From a virus (taxonomy: Duplodnaviria > Caudoviricetes), in the IMG/VR virus record IMGVR_UViG_3300043078_000170: a stretch of DNA of 64,000 bases, one strand, 5' to 3'. This document shows positions 51,647 through 61,936 of this stretch, one piece after another; position 1 is the first letter of the stretch; every line of letters starts with the position of its first letter. Both the position numbers and the translations under genes were made by a program. Below the pieces are notes generated by a model. It saw only the letters and a list, made by a program, of their open reading frames with translations. It searched no databases and had not been told where the DNA came from.

Positions 51647-53308
51647 ATGGAGAATAAACTTATATCAAGTAATTCTTCAAATATTGTTGAAGAAAATGAT
51701 TATAGAAATATTTCTGAAAAGACTTTAGAAACTATTGCTAATAGCTTAAGAAATTCTTTAGGCTATTATGGTTCTTCAACTATTATTGAAGATAAAGTTA
51801 ATGGACATGTTGCGACTAAAGATGGTTATACTATTTTATCATCTTTAAAATTTGAAAGTCCTTTAGCTACAACTATTTATGAAATTATTAAGAAGATTTC
51901 ATTTAATTTAGTACAGACCGTAGGTGATGGAAGTACTTCTTCAGTAGTTATAGCACAATCATTATTTACAGTATTAAATAATGCTATGAAAGATGATGGA
52001 GCACTTAGTAAGTATTCACCTAAAGAAGTCTTTGATACATTAAAATCTATTGAAGAAATTATTTCAAAAGGTGTTAAAGAAATGGCTACACCTATTGATG
52101 AAGATAATTTTGATATTATTAGAAAAATTGCTGAAGTATCTAATAATAATGATGCTAAAGTAGGTTCTAATATTTATGATATTTATAAGGTTATTGGAAA
52201 TGATGGTTTTATTTATTTAGAGAATTCTAATGATTCTGAAGATCATTTTAAATATTTAAATGGTCTTGAATTTGCTACAGGAATGATTGCAGAGGATTTT
52301 TCAAATAATAAGAATAAACCAGAATGTAATTTTAAAGAACCTTTTATTTTTATGTGCAATGATAGATTAGATTCTACTGACTTAAATTATATGGTAGATT
52401 CTGTAGGTAATTTAGTTGCTAGACATACTAAACCTATGGTTATTATTGCTAAAAGCTTTTCAGCAGAATTTGTTTCTTGCTGGATCATAAATAAAAAGCA
52501 AAATCCTGATTTTAATATTTGTTTAGTTGATTTTAATTTTGCTAATAAAAATCAAGAAGAAATATTTAAGGATATTGCTTTATATACTAAGAGTACTATC
52601 TACGATAAGACTTTTAATTCAGCAGATGATTTTAAAAAGAATTTTTATACTATGCTAGGTTCTTGTGATGAAATTTCTATTAGTAATAAAACTACTAAGC
52701 TAGTTGGTCGTAAATGTTCTGATAAAGAACTTGAAGATCGTGTCAAGTATATAGATGAAGAGATTCAAAAGTTTAAAGATCTTAAGGATGAATCATTCGA
52801 TAGTAGAATTTTCCAATTAGAAACTAGAAAAGCTAATTTAAATTCTACAATTGTTAAATATTATGTAGGTGGGGATACTGAATTAGAAAAGAATAATCGT
52901 AAGTATCTAATTGAAGATAGTATTTTTGCTTGTAAAGCAGCTTTAGAAACTGGTTATGTTTGTGGTGGTAACTTAGCTATTCCAAAGTTTATTAATACTT
53001 ATATGAGTAAAACTGATATGAGTAGTTTAGAAAATATTTTATTTAAATTAGTTAAAGAATCTTTCATTCAATGTTATAAATGCGTTTTAAATAATGCTTC
53101 TATACCTTCAAATGATATTAATAATATTATTGAACAGTGTGTTAATAACGATGTTATTTATAATCTTAAGACAAAGCGATATGAAACTGAAAAGGAAACT
53201 TACATTGTAAATTCAGCTAAGACTGAAATTGAAATACTAAAAGCAGTAATTAGTATTATTGGTATTCTAGTAACATCTAATCAATTTATTTGTAAGAGCT
53301 TAGTTTAA
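51647..53308 (+). CDS. groEL: Phage GroEL-like chaperonin
   Basis: ATKDGYTIL, VGDGSTS, VGGDTELE and GYVCGG motifs. Confidence 0.88.
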   Translation: MENKLISSNSSNIVEENDYRNISEKTLETIANSLRNSLGYYGSSTIIEDKVNGHVATKDGYTILSSLKFESPLATTIYEIIKKISFNLVQTVGDGSTSSVVIAQSLFTVLNNAMKDDGALSKYSPKEVFDTLKSIEEIISKGVKEMATPIDEDNFDIIRKIAEVSNNNDAKVGSNIYDIYKVIGNDGFIYLENSNDSEDHFKYLNGLEFATGMIAEDFSNNKNKPECNFKEPFIFMCNDRLDSTDLNYMVDSVGNLVARHTKPMVIIAKSFSAEFVSCWIINKKQNPDFNICLVDFNFANKNQEEIFKDIALYTKSTIYDKTFNSADDFKKNFYTMLGSCDEISISNKTTKLVGRKCSDKELEDRVKYIDEEIQKFKDLKDESFDSRIFQLETRKANLNSTIVKYYVGGDTELEKNNRKYLIEDSIFACKAALETGYVCGGNLAIPKFINTYMSKTDMSSLENILFKLVKESFIQCYKCVLNNASIPSNDINNIIEQCVNNDVIYNLKTKRYETEKETYIVNSAKTEIEILKAVISIIGILVTSNQFICKSLV

Positions 53309-53430
53309 TTTATTTTTTTTTTACTCTAAAGGAAGAAAATTCCTTTAGAGTATTTTTTTAAGTATATATTATAGCTTTGATTATTAAATTATTTATAATC
53401 AAAATAAATATTATAATGAGGTGTATACTT

Positions 53431-53622
53431 ATGAACAAAATTAAAATTAAAGATTTTGAACGAGTACTTAATGAAAATAATTTTATATATGTACGATGTA
53501 AAGGAGGACATCGAATATATAAAAGAACGACCGATAATGCTATTTTTGTATTACCAGGTCATAAAGGAAAGGAAGTGAATGGTGTTATCATGTGTAATTT
53601 CAAAAGAAAATATTTAACTTAA
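53431..53622 (+). CDS. hicA: HicA-family mRNA interferase-like protein
   Basis: LNENNFIYVRCKGGHRIYK...VLPGHKGKEV; GAGG RBS. Confidence 0.7.
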   Translation: MNKIKIKDFERVLNENNFIYVRCKGGHRIYKRTTDNAIFVLPGHKGKEVNGVIMCNFKRKYLT

Positions 53623-53677
53623 TAAAATTAATATGTTAAAAATTATTAAATTTAAATTTCAGGAGGAAAAAAAAAAT

Positions 53678-54715
53678 ATGAACAGTGTATTTTCAAATAG
53701 AATTTGTATGTTAAATGATGGAAAGGTTATTTGGGAAAATTATAATGAAGAAAAAGATTATGTTAAAAATATTATATTGAATAATGATAATATTTTTCTT
53801 ATAATTGATAAATTCAATAAAGGCTATGATATTTCCGAAATATTTTCAGAATTTATGTCAACTGATAATAATTGTCATTTAATTTATGATAATGATTATA
53901 ACGTTAAAAAATCATATAATGAAGTAAAAACATATGACGAGATTTTTAAATTAGTATCAACTGATATTTTAAATGATGTAATTGATTGGGATATAATTAA
54001 TGATATTGTAAAAATAATTAATGATATTAATGATTATGGAAAGAAACTTTGTAATAATAGAAATTTTTCAGATTTATTAAAAGAATATTGTGATGTTGAT
54101 GATGTTAAATTAAATTTAGAAGACATTGATGAATCAGAAAGAGAAACTAATAAATTTGATAAATTTAAAAATCAAGTAATAAATGATATAAAAGATTATT
54201 GCAAAAAAAGAAAAGTTGATATTGATTATGAAGATGACAATCCAAAAATTCCTATTGTACCATCTGATATAAATAAAGATTCATGGGATATTTTAAAAAA
54301 TTTTTACAATCCAGCCGACTATAAAAAATGCTCTAATAGTTATTATAATTCATCAATTTATTATGAAAAACGTGCTACAATGTTTTTATATAATTGTTAT
54401 TATTATGATAATTATATTAGCAATTATTCAAATTATTTTATATTATTCTTTATAACAGAACAAATGGATGTAAAAAAATTTACAAAAGAAAATTTGTCTA
54501 ATACATCAATGATTATTAATTTATCACTTTTAGCTAAAAGCTTAGAAGAGGGTAATGTTCTAAAAATGATAAAAGATTTTTTGTTAGATGTTATTAACTA
54601 TTTAGATTGTAATTTTGATAGATTAAACGATAATTTATACAATCAATATAGTTGTATAAATTATTTAATGAATATTAATAAAACTTGTAACGAAATGTAT
54701 TCTTTATTTATTTAA
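53678..54715 (+). CDS. Hypothetical protein
   Basis: AGGAGG RBS; follows hicA. Confidence 0.6.
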   Translation: MNSVFSNRICMLNDGKVIWENYNEEKDYVKNIILNNDNIFLIIDKFNKGYDISEIFSEFMSTDNNCHLIYDNDYNVKKSYNEVKTYDEIFKLVSTDILNDVIDWDIINDIVKIINDINDYGKKLCNNRNFSDLLKEYCDVDDVKLNLEDIDESERETNKFDKFKNQVINDIKDYCKKRKVDIDYEDDNPKIPIVPSDINKDSWDILKNFYNPADYKKCSNSYYNSSIYYEKRATMFLYNCYYYDNYISNYSNYFILFFITEQMDVKKFTKENLSNTSMIINLSLLAKSLEEGNVLKMIKDFLLDVINYLDCNFDRLNDNLYNQYSCINYLMNINKTCNEMYSLFI

Positions 54716-54736
54716 TGAATGAAAGGAAATGACTTT

Positions 54737-55276
54737 ATGTTTACTAATATAAAAGAAAAGAAGCCAAAAGAAGAAGGTTTATACGTTTGTAGAATTCTTA
54801 ATGATGATGGCTCAATTGATTATCGAATTGATGAATATCGCATTCCTACAGTATTTGAAGAAAAATATGAAGGAATAGTAGAAGGATTCCAAAAAGATTT
54901 CGGTAGTCTTTTAAAGACTGAAGGTTATATGAAAATATCAGATGATTATGAAAAGCATATCATAAAATTTGATAAGAATGGAGTAGCTTCTATATTTATT
55001 AAAGGTGAAGAATTTAATCTTCAATTGGGTAATTGTAAATTAATTAATGGAGATACTAATCCAAAGATTTATGAATATCCATTAATTGGTTATTATGGAG
55101 ATACTACTATTAATTCTTATATTGATATTTATTGCTTTAATGATAAAACAAATAAAGTAGTAGTTCCTGAAAGTGAATTCACTAAAATTATAGAAGAATC
55201 AGGTGATGAAACTTTAAAAGAATATATGAATAAGTATTTTAGTATAAATATTTTAGACTTATTTAATAACAGATAA
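54737..55276 (+). CDS. Hypothetical protein
   Basis: AAAGGA RBS; KEKKPKEEGLYVC DUF551-like start. Confidence 0.6.
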   Translation: MFTNIKEKKPKEEGLYVCRILNDDGSIDYRIDEYRIPTVFEEKYEGIVEGFQKDFGSLLKTEGYMKISDDYEKHIIKFDKNGVASIFIKGEEFNLQLGNCKLINGDTNPKIYEYPLIGYYGDTTINSYIDIYCFNDKTNKVVVPESEFTKIIEESGDETLKEYMNKYFSINILDLFNNR

Positions 55277-55388
55277 AAAACTTTTAAAATTATTTTAATT
55301 TGGTTACCATATTGTATTTAATTATACAATATGGTAATCTTTTTTTTTTGGAACTTTTTATTATATTTTATAAGAAGGAAGTGATTTT

Positions 55389-56066
55389 ATGGCTAATAAT
55401 TCTAGATTACAACTTAATCCAGAAGATTTGGATAAAGAATATAATATGCTAGAATCTGAATTAGAATCATTAGATTTATTATTTAATGATGCTAAAGCAA
55501 GATTAGATGCTATGTCAAAATATCCTACAAAATCTAATCCTGTTTTCATGGCTTCTCAAACAGCTAATTTAATTTCTATTAAAGAAAAACGTTTAAATAT
55601 AATTAAAGAATTAACTAATATTAAAAAATCTAAAATGGATATGGAACTTAAAATGTTTACAGCTAATAATAAACTTGATGACCAAAATACAGGCGTTAGT
55701 AAAGAAATTCTTGATATTTATAGACTACTTAACAAAAATGATAAAAGTACTTTATTAGAAGAAACTATTAATGATAATAAAGAAGAATTAATTAATGAAC
55801 CAAGTGATGAAGAAATTGATAGAATATTTAAAGAAAGATTATCTGAAGATGAAAAAGAAAAGAAAGATCAAACTAAATTAGAGCAAATTTTGCCTGATGA
55901 ATATAATATTGTATGTACTAAAGATAAGACATTATATATTATAGATGAAGATTATAATATTATTGATGATTGTAATTTTGATACTTCAGTTATTAATATA
56001 GTTAAAGTTGAAGATGAATACGCATATGATGAAGATAATAATACATATGAGGTGGTGGAAATATGA
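55389..56066 (+). CDS. Hypothetical coiled-coil/acidic late protein
   Basis: AACT-N6-TA upstream; AAGGAAG RBS. Confidence 0.6.
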   Translation: MANNSRLQLNPEDLDKEYNMLESELESLDLLFNDAKARLDAMSKYPTKSNPVFMASQTANLISIKEKRLNIIKELTNIKKSKMDMELKMFTANNKLDDQNTGVSKEILDIYRLLNKNDKSTLLEETINDNKEELINEPSDEEIDRIFKERLSEDEKEKKDQTKLEQILPDEYNIVCTKDKTLYIIDEDYNIIDDCNFDTSVINIVKVEDEYAYDEDNNTYEVVEI

Positions 56067-56482
56067 ATAGTTCTAATTATTTAGTAGAAGGTATAATCCA
56101 AAATATTAAATTAAAAAATAAAATGAAAAAAGATGCTGCCGCTCAAAATAAAAAAAGCAATGAAAGACAGTTAAAATATATTGCATATCAACAACGTGGT
56201 GGTAAATTAAGTATTGAAAATTTTGAAGATCCAGAAATGTTACAATATGAAAAAGATCATAATAAAAATCCTAAATTATATAAGAACTTTAAAACATGGA
56301 AAAAGATTAAATATCAAGAAGCTACTGATAAAGCTAACTTAGAAGAAAAGATTTCTAAGAATAAAAGAAGAAGAGCACAGGCGGAGCATGAAAGTTCTAT
56401 AGCAGAAAAAAATAGAATTAAAAATAAACAAATGGAAAGTTATATGGAAGGATATCGAGATGCTTTGTTAGAAATTTTATAA
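56063..56482 (+). CDS. Basic protein with C-terminal EGY(R)DAL tag
   Basis: Ends QMESYMEGYRDALLEIL; starts MNSSNYLVE. Confidence 0.65.
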   Translation: MNSSNYLVEGIIQNIKLKNKMKKDAAAQNKKSNERQLKYIAYQQRGGKLSIENFEDPEMLQYEKDHNKNPKLYKNFKTWKKIKYQEATDKANLEEKISKNKRRRAQAEHESSIAEKNRIKNKQMESYMEGYRDALLEIL

Positions 56483-56601
56483 TGCTTAAATATTCCTATA
56501 GAGAAAATAATCTCTATAGGAATATTATTAAACCGTATTAAATCATATATTTGTATATATATTATAATTGTGAATAAAGTAAATAATTACTTATATTCAT
56601 A

Positions 56602-56754
56602 TATTAGAGTGGATATTTAATTCTAGTGGCTCTTAAATAAATACTAGAGTTTATATGTTCCCTTGAAGAAACTCATTGCCTGAAAAGATAGGGCGACTGA
56701 TATGAGATAACAGAGTAGGGGTAAAATAATATAAATAATATCTTGGAGGCTATT
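56602..56754 (+). ncRNA. Candidate structured RNA leader, copy 2
   Basis: Homologous to 26340-26487 with covariation. Confidence 0.6.
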
Positions 56755-57003
56755 ATGGCTAACTTCAATTCTACAAAGAAAAACTACAATAAGGGTTACA
56801 ACAATGGATATTGCAATGGTAAGAATGTCGGTACTATTGTTGGATTGGCTGTTGGAGCATCTATTGGAGCATGCTTTGGAGCAATGATTTCAGGTCTTTC
56901 TCATGATTTCAGTGACATCAGAGAATATGACCGTATTAATCATGACGCTGAAAAGCTTATTGAGAGACAGGAGAGATTGAATAATATTTATAGAAATAAG
57001 TAA
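56755..57003 (+). CDS. Early glycine-zipper membrane protein
   Basis: GTIVGLAVGASIGACFGAMISG; GGAGG RBS; terminator at ~57024-57088. Confidence 0.6.
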   Translation: MANFNSTKKNYNKGYNNGYCNGKNVGTIVGLAVGASIGACFGAMISGLSHDFSDIREYDRINHDAEKLIERQERLNNIYRNK

Positions 57004-57145
57004 TTCAGTTTTCTTCTAGCTCTAAAAAAAAATATATGTGGGCGCTGCAATTGAAAAACTAATGTTTCAGCGCCCATATTTTTTTTTTATATATAAAAAC
57101 TACTATTTATTATAATTTTTTTTTTTGATAGGAAGGTGTAAAATT

Positions 57146-57883
57146 ATGCTTAAATTTTTAGAGCAAGATGGAGATTCTATTAGATTTACTGGAGATATTT
57201 TAAATGTATATATACCGAAAAATTATTTTGAATCAAATATAGCTGTTTATAACGGTAATGAAGTAAATACTATAGCATATTTCTTTTTTGAAGTAAAATC
57301 ATTTGCTATGGAAGAAAAAGATGAAATGGGTCATATTTATACATTTAAACTTCCATCTAGAATTGTATTTGAATTTGATGATAAAAATTCTAAAACTTTA
57401 AATATTAAAGATACTGGTGAAATTCAATATGATGTATTAACAATGAATCGTGGTTCTATATTTGTTAAGAATATTAATGTAGAAGAATCTGGTAAAAATG
57501 CTGGTGACTTTTTAAATATGTTATTATATGGAAGATTTTTACCATTAATACCATATGAAGAAATTGTTAAAATTTTTATGGAAAATATGTCTATTAATAA
57601 AATGGATTTAGGTTGCCAGAATATAATATATGAAATGATGATCGGTGAATTAATGAGAAATAAGAAAAATGTTAAAGAGCCTTTTAGAAAAGCTATTAAT
57701 AAGCAAAATATTAATTCAATTGATTATAAAAATATTAATCTTAAAAATATTGCATTCTTTAATAGTACTTATACTGCAATTGGATTTGAAGATTTTAATA
57801 AGGCAATGATTACTTCTACTGCTAAAAATATTAACAATGAAAAAGAAATTATTTCTCCTGTTGAAAAGATTCTTAAATATTAA
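57146..57883 (+). CDS. RNA polymerase beta' C-terminal fragment (probably virion RNAP)
   Basis: NIIYEMMIGELMR resembles KHIEVIVRQMLR; NSTYTAIGFEDFNKAM resembles SFISAASFQETTRVL; late promoter at 57098-57109. Confidence 0.6.
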   Translation: MLKFLEQDGDSIRFTGDILNVYIPKNYFESNIAVYNGNEVNTIAYFFFEVKSFAMEEKDEMGHIYTFKLPSRIVFEFDDKNSKTLNIKDTGEIQYDVLTMNRGSIFVKNINVEESGKNAGDFLNMLLYGRFLPLIPYEEIVKIFMENMSINKMDLGCQNIIYEMMIGELMRNKKNVKEPFRKAINKQNINSIDYKNINLKNIAFFNSTYTAIGFEDFNKAMITSTAKNINNEKEIISPVEKILKY

Positions 57884-57924
57884 AAATTTCCCTATAGAGT
57901 TAATCTCTATAGGGTTATATTATT

Positions 57925-58704
57925 TTATTTGTTACAATATTTCTTAATAATAAGATTCTGTACTTTATAAATCTTATTAGAATTAAAAGCAACATCTAAA
58001 ATATTCTTTTTAAAATTATCACCATAACTAATATCTACAAAATCATTATCAATAAAAATTTTAGTACACCAGAAATTACATTCAATCATTGGATCATTAG
58101 CAATCATTAATTCAATTAAATCTTCAGCATATAATTTATATTCTTTAATAGTTTCAATGTTTTCTAAGAAATTATAAATTTGATTTAAATATTCGTTAGG
58201 AATAATTCCTTTAAAATTAATATAAGTCTGATCCTTAGTATTAATAGTTCTATTAGGAAATTCTTTAATGTGATCTATAAAATAATTATAAAATAAACTT
58301 TCTATACCATCTTCTATATAATTAATTAAGAAATTATAAATCATATGAATATAATGAATTTTATCATCAATAAGTAAGCTTTCACTAAATGTAATTTTAA
58401 AATCAAATTTATTTTCAATATTATTTAAAATATCAATAATAATTTCTTCTACTGTCTGTTCTAAGCTAGGAATAAATTCTTCATTATCTTTATATTTTTC
58501 TTTAAGAAATTTATATTTCTGTATAAAACTTTCAAATACGTCACTACTATTTCTAGGAGGTTCATCTTCATCAAAAATTCTATCAATCTGTTGATTAATT
58601 GTATCTAAAGAAATCTCTGAAGAAAGATTACTTAAAATATCCTTTTGGTCATAATTGCTTAAACTAGTATCTTCTTTTTCACTAAGCATCATTATAGTTT
58701 CCAC
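57925..58704 (-). CDS. Hypothetical late protein
   Basis: 259 aa ORF; AACA-N6-TA at 58720-58731. Confidence 0.6.
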   Translation of the reverse strand: METIMMLSEKEDTSLSNYDQKDILSNLSSEISLDTINQQIDRIFDEDEPPRNSSDVFESFIQKYKFLKEKYKDNEEFIPSLEQTVEEIIIDILNNIENKFDFKITFSESLLIDDKIHYIHMIYNFLINYIEDGIESLFYNYFIDHIKEFPNRTINTKDQTYINFKGIIPNEYLNQIYNFLENIETIKEYKLYAEDLIELMIANDPMIECNFWCTKIFIDNDFVDISYGDNFKKNILDVAFNSNKIYKVQNLIIKKYCNK

Positions 58705-58801
58705 CTTTCATTTATAAATTATTAAGTTGTTATATTTAATTTTTTATATTAAAATTTATAATTAACTAATTAATTAGTATTTTAAATAAGGAGTGAAATA
58801 A

Positions 58802-59482
58802 ATGAAATCTGAAATACATGAAGAACATGAATTCTATGATAAAAATAAGGATAAAGACAAAAAAGATAAAAATGAATGTCAGGTATATTGTGTACCTAAT
58901 CTTAAAGATATTATAGAAAATTATAAGAATATAGATAATAATGATCCATATTCAATTGATAAAGCTAACTGGAGTTTTACTTATAATCAATTACAATGTG
59001 TTAAGAATTTTCCAGAAAAAGAAGCAGAAGAATTTATTAAGAATAATTTAAATTCAGAGGATATAATTCATCCAAAAGTATTACAACAATTAATAGAAGA
59101 AAAAGTAAATGATTTAATAGATAATGGAGAAGATATTTCTAATAAATTAGTAACTGCTAGAATTTCATTAGATAATGATTTTAATAGAGTTATTAATATT
59201 GATGTAAATGAAAATGCTAATTTCTCTAATTGCATGGTTGAAAGTGTAAATGTTGAATTACCACCTTTTAATGATTTAATTAAAGAGCAAATTAAATTAT
59301 TATGTAATACTATGATGTGTGGTTATTTAGATGATGAAGAATTAGAAGAATTTATTAAAGAAAGAATTGAAGACTATAAAGAAAGTCCCTATACTACAGA
59401 TTGGTTAGAAGGTTATATTGAAGGATTCTTAGATAATGATGGATATATCGATGGAATTATTGAAGGCTTTAATAATGATTAA
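58802..59482 (+). CDS. Hypothetical acidic protein
   Basis: AAGGAG RBS. Confidence 0.6.
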   Translation: MKSEIHEEHEFYDKNKDKDKKDKNECQVYCVPNLKDIIENYKNIDNNDPYSIDKANWSFTYNQLQCVKNFPEKEAEEFIKNNLNSEDIIHPKVLQQLIEEKVNDLIDNGEDISNKLVTARISLDNDFNRVINIDVNENANFSNCMVESVNVELPPFNDLIKEQIKLLCNTMMCGYLDDEELEEFIKERIEDYKESPYTTDWLEGYIEGFLDNDGYIDGIIEGFNND

Positions 59483-59550
59483 CAGATTATTATTGTATTA
59501 TTTTTACCGCAGATACAATAAACCATGTATAAAGGGGATGAAAAAATTTT

Positions 59551-59697
59551 ATGTATGAACCAACATTCGAAGATATGTTAAAAGATATTAATAAAGATCT
59601 ACCAGAATCTGAAATAACTAATCATTTTAAAGGACAAGATGATCGTGGTTGGTACACTGGAGAATGTAATTATCAATATAAAGATTGGAATGATTAA
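59551..59697 (+). CDS. Small hypothetical protein (48 aa, not in the ORF track)
   Basis: MYEPTFEDMLKD...; AAGGGGA upstream; followed by a hairpin. Confidence 0.35.
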   Translation: MYEPTFEDMLKDINKDLPESEITNHFKGQDDRGWYTGECNYQYKDWND

Positions 59698-59738
59698 TAA
59701 TAAAAGAAATAAAGCTTAATAAGCTTTATTTCTTTTTT

Positions 59739-61070
59739 TTATTTATTATTTTTTAAATCTTTTAAGAATTGATCCAATTCTTTTTCAGATTTACTATCTT
59801 CTCCCATTAATAAATTAATTCTATTTAATATACCCATATCAGCATAACATACAACTGTATAAGTAGTATTTACCATAGGATTCTTAGTTTTAAGAATTAA
59901 ATCTTTTTCATCAACTTCATAATTTTCTGGGAATAATAATCTACCATTAATATATAAATCTATTGTAAATACTTTACTCATTTTAATTTTATATTTCTTT
60001 AATAAATCACAAGCTTTATGCACATTTAAAGGTAATACTGATTTAAGGTCAACTTCATCATATTCAACATTAACTTCAGGTAAGAAATTTCTTTTCATTA
60101 GAATATTTCTATTATCTTTAGTATATGGTATATAATCTTCATTCATAACTAATGAGAATCTATAAGTACCATCTTCATAATCATTAGGATTAGTTAATTT
60201 TACATTCTTAAATCTTTCCATATTATCTAATTCCATAATAAATGTTGATGGTGTCCATAATTCAGCTGTTATATTATATTCAATTTGAGAATTTTGAATA
60301 ACATTTTGTCTCATATTTCTATTTTGATTAGACATATCAGGATAGTTTATTAATATATTAGCAGGATATCTGAACATAAATCGATTATTACCAGTACTTA
60401 AATCTTTAGCCATATAAATACCATTATAAGAATATTGTAACATAAAATCTTCCATACGTTCTAAATCTGCATTTTCATTTAAATTATAATTAAGCCTATT
60501 TGCAATATTTTGAATTATAAATGGAGGTACTTGTGTTTGCACGAATACTTTATTAAGAAAAAACCATCCATTAGTTTGGAAATTTTGATCTATATAGGAA
60601 ATAGTATTCCATCCTTGAAGTTCTGAATTAACCCTAATACCTATTCTAAAATTAATTTTAGTTCTTTTAAAAGCATTAAATATTCTTATACCAGTATTTT
60701 GATCTTCAAATATAAGATTATAATTCTTTCTTAATTTTTTTAAATATACCCAAGAAGTATCTGTAAATAAAGTAGGTAAATCTCCCATATATCCTTGCGT
60801 TAAATCAAATTGAGGTTGAATAAATAAATAAGGACGTTTTTTAACTTCAAAGTAATCTTTTTGAATAGCACTTGCAGCCATTGTAGTTGATATATAAGTT
60901 TCCTTAAAGAAGCTTTCAGGAAATTTAGATTTAAAATATTCAGTAATATAACTAGTAACTGAACCAATAATTGATGATAAAGAATTGGTTGAACTACATA
61001 CTGAAATAGTGCTATAAGTTTGATTTACTATTTTTTCTTGATTAGCTGGATTTCCAAAAGTAATATTCAT
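59739..61070 (-). CDS. Hypothetical late (probably virion) protein
   Basis: AACA-N6-TA at 61100-61111; AAAGGAAG RBS. Confidence 0.6.
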   Translation of the reverse strand: MNITFGNPANQEKIVNQTYSTISVCSSTNSLSSIIGSVTSYITEYFKSKFPESFFKETYISTTMAASAIQKDYFEVKKRPYLFIQPQFDLTQGYMGDLPTLFTDTSWVYLKKLRKNYNLIFEDQNTGIRIFNAFKRTKINFRIGIRVNSELQGWNTISYIDQNFQTNGWFFLNKVFVQTQVPPFIIQNIANRLNYNLNENADLERMEDFMLQYSYNGIYMAKDLSTGNNRFMFRYPANILINYPDMSNQNRNMRQNVIQNSQIEYNITAELWTPSTFIMELDNMERFKNVKLTNPNDYEDGTYRFSLVMNEDYIPYTKDNRNILMKRNFLPEVNVEYDEVDLKSVLPLNVHKACDLLKKYKIKMSKVFTIDLYINGRLLFPENYEVDEKDLILKTKNPMVNTTYTVVCYADMGILNRINLLMGEDSKSEKELDQFLKDLKNNK

Positions 61071-61231
61071 ATAAAACACTTCCTTTCTTTTATATTTAAT
61101 AAAGAGATGTTGAATTATAAAAAATTATATACCCTTATGGAATAAATCCATAAGGGTATATTGAAACTTTTCTACTATCATTATTTTTTACCATAAAAGG
61201 AGTCATCATAAAATAAAAAGGAGGAGACTCA

Positions 61232-61319
61232 TGGTGGATGAGGTAGGAATCGAACCTACGGTGTTTCAAGTGTAACAGATTTACAGTCTGCCGTCATCGC
61301 CAACTAGACATACTCATCC
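61232..61319 (-). tRNA. tRNA-Tyr(GTA)
   Basis: GGATGAG/CTCATCC acceptor stem, CAGA-CTGTAAA-TCTG anticodon arm, long variable arm, GGTTCGATTCC T-arm, encoded CCA; late promoter at 61325-61336. Confidence 0.95.
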
Positions 61320-61414
61320 ATTTATATAAATTTGTTATTATATATTTTTATAATTAATTTTTTTATATTAAAAATAACATTTATATAAATAATATAAAAA
61401 AGGAGCTGAAAATT

Positions 61415-61936
61415 ATGGAAGAAAATGCAATAGATATTAATGAAACAACTTCTAAAGAGAATAAAGAATTCGAACAACCAGATGTTGAAATTTTTGATAG
61501 CTTTGAAAATTTCGATGTTTTAACTGATTTAGTATTTGAAGGTAAAGAAGATGTTAATCTTAGAGATATTGATTATATGTGCAATTATATTTCTAAATAT
61601 GAAGGTTGTGAAAATTGTATACTAAATTCTGGAAGGGTATGTGGTTTTGCTCTTCTATTAAAGAAATTTGGTACGACTAGTAGTTTAAATAATAATATCT
61701 TAAATTGGCTTAATGATAATCCGCCGACAAGTTTCTTAATGGATATTAAAGAAAAAATGCCTAATGTAGATATTGATGATTATAATATACCAAATTTTTG
61801 TGTACAAAGTATTTATGGAAAAGATTGTTGTGAATGTCTTATAGAAGATTCTAGTAAATTTGATAAGAAAGATATTTTATGTAGAAAGTGTTGGAGAACA
61901 CCTATGGAAGAAGAAATTAGAAAAGATTATCATTAA
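61415..61936 (+). CDS. Cys-rich hypothetical protein
   Basis: CENC and CRKCW motifs; AAGGAG RBS. Confidence 0.6.
   Translation: MEENAIDINETTSKENKEFEQPDVEIFDSFENFDVLTDLVFEGKEDVNLRDIDYMCNYISKYEGCENCILNSGRVCGFALLLKKFGTTSSLNNNILNWLNDNPPTSFLMDIKEKMPNVDIDDYNIPNFCVQSIYGKDCCECLIEDSSKFDKKDILCRKCWRTPMEEEIRKDYH

Noticed and set aside
59380-59482. WLEGYIEGFLD...GYIDGIIEG as another EGYYDAL tag
   Set aside because: It lacks the DAL-x-E part and the protein is acidic throughout; possibly related but not counted
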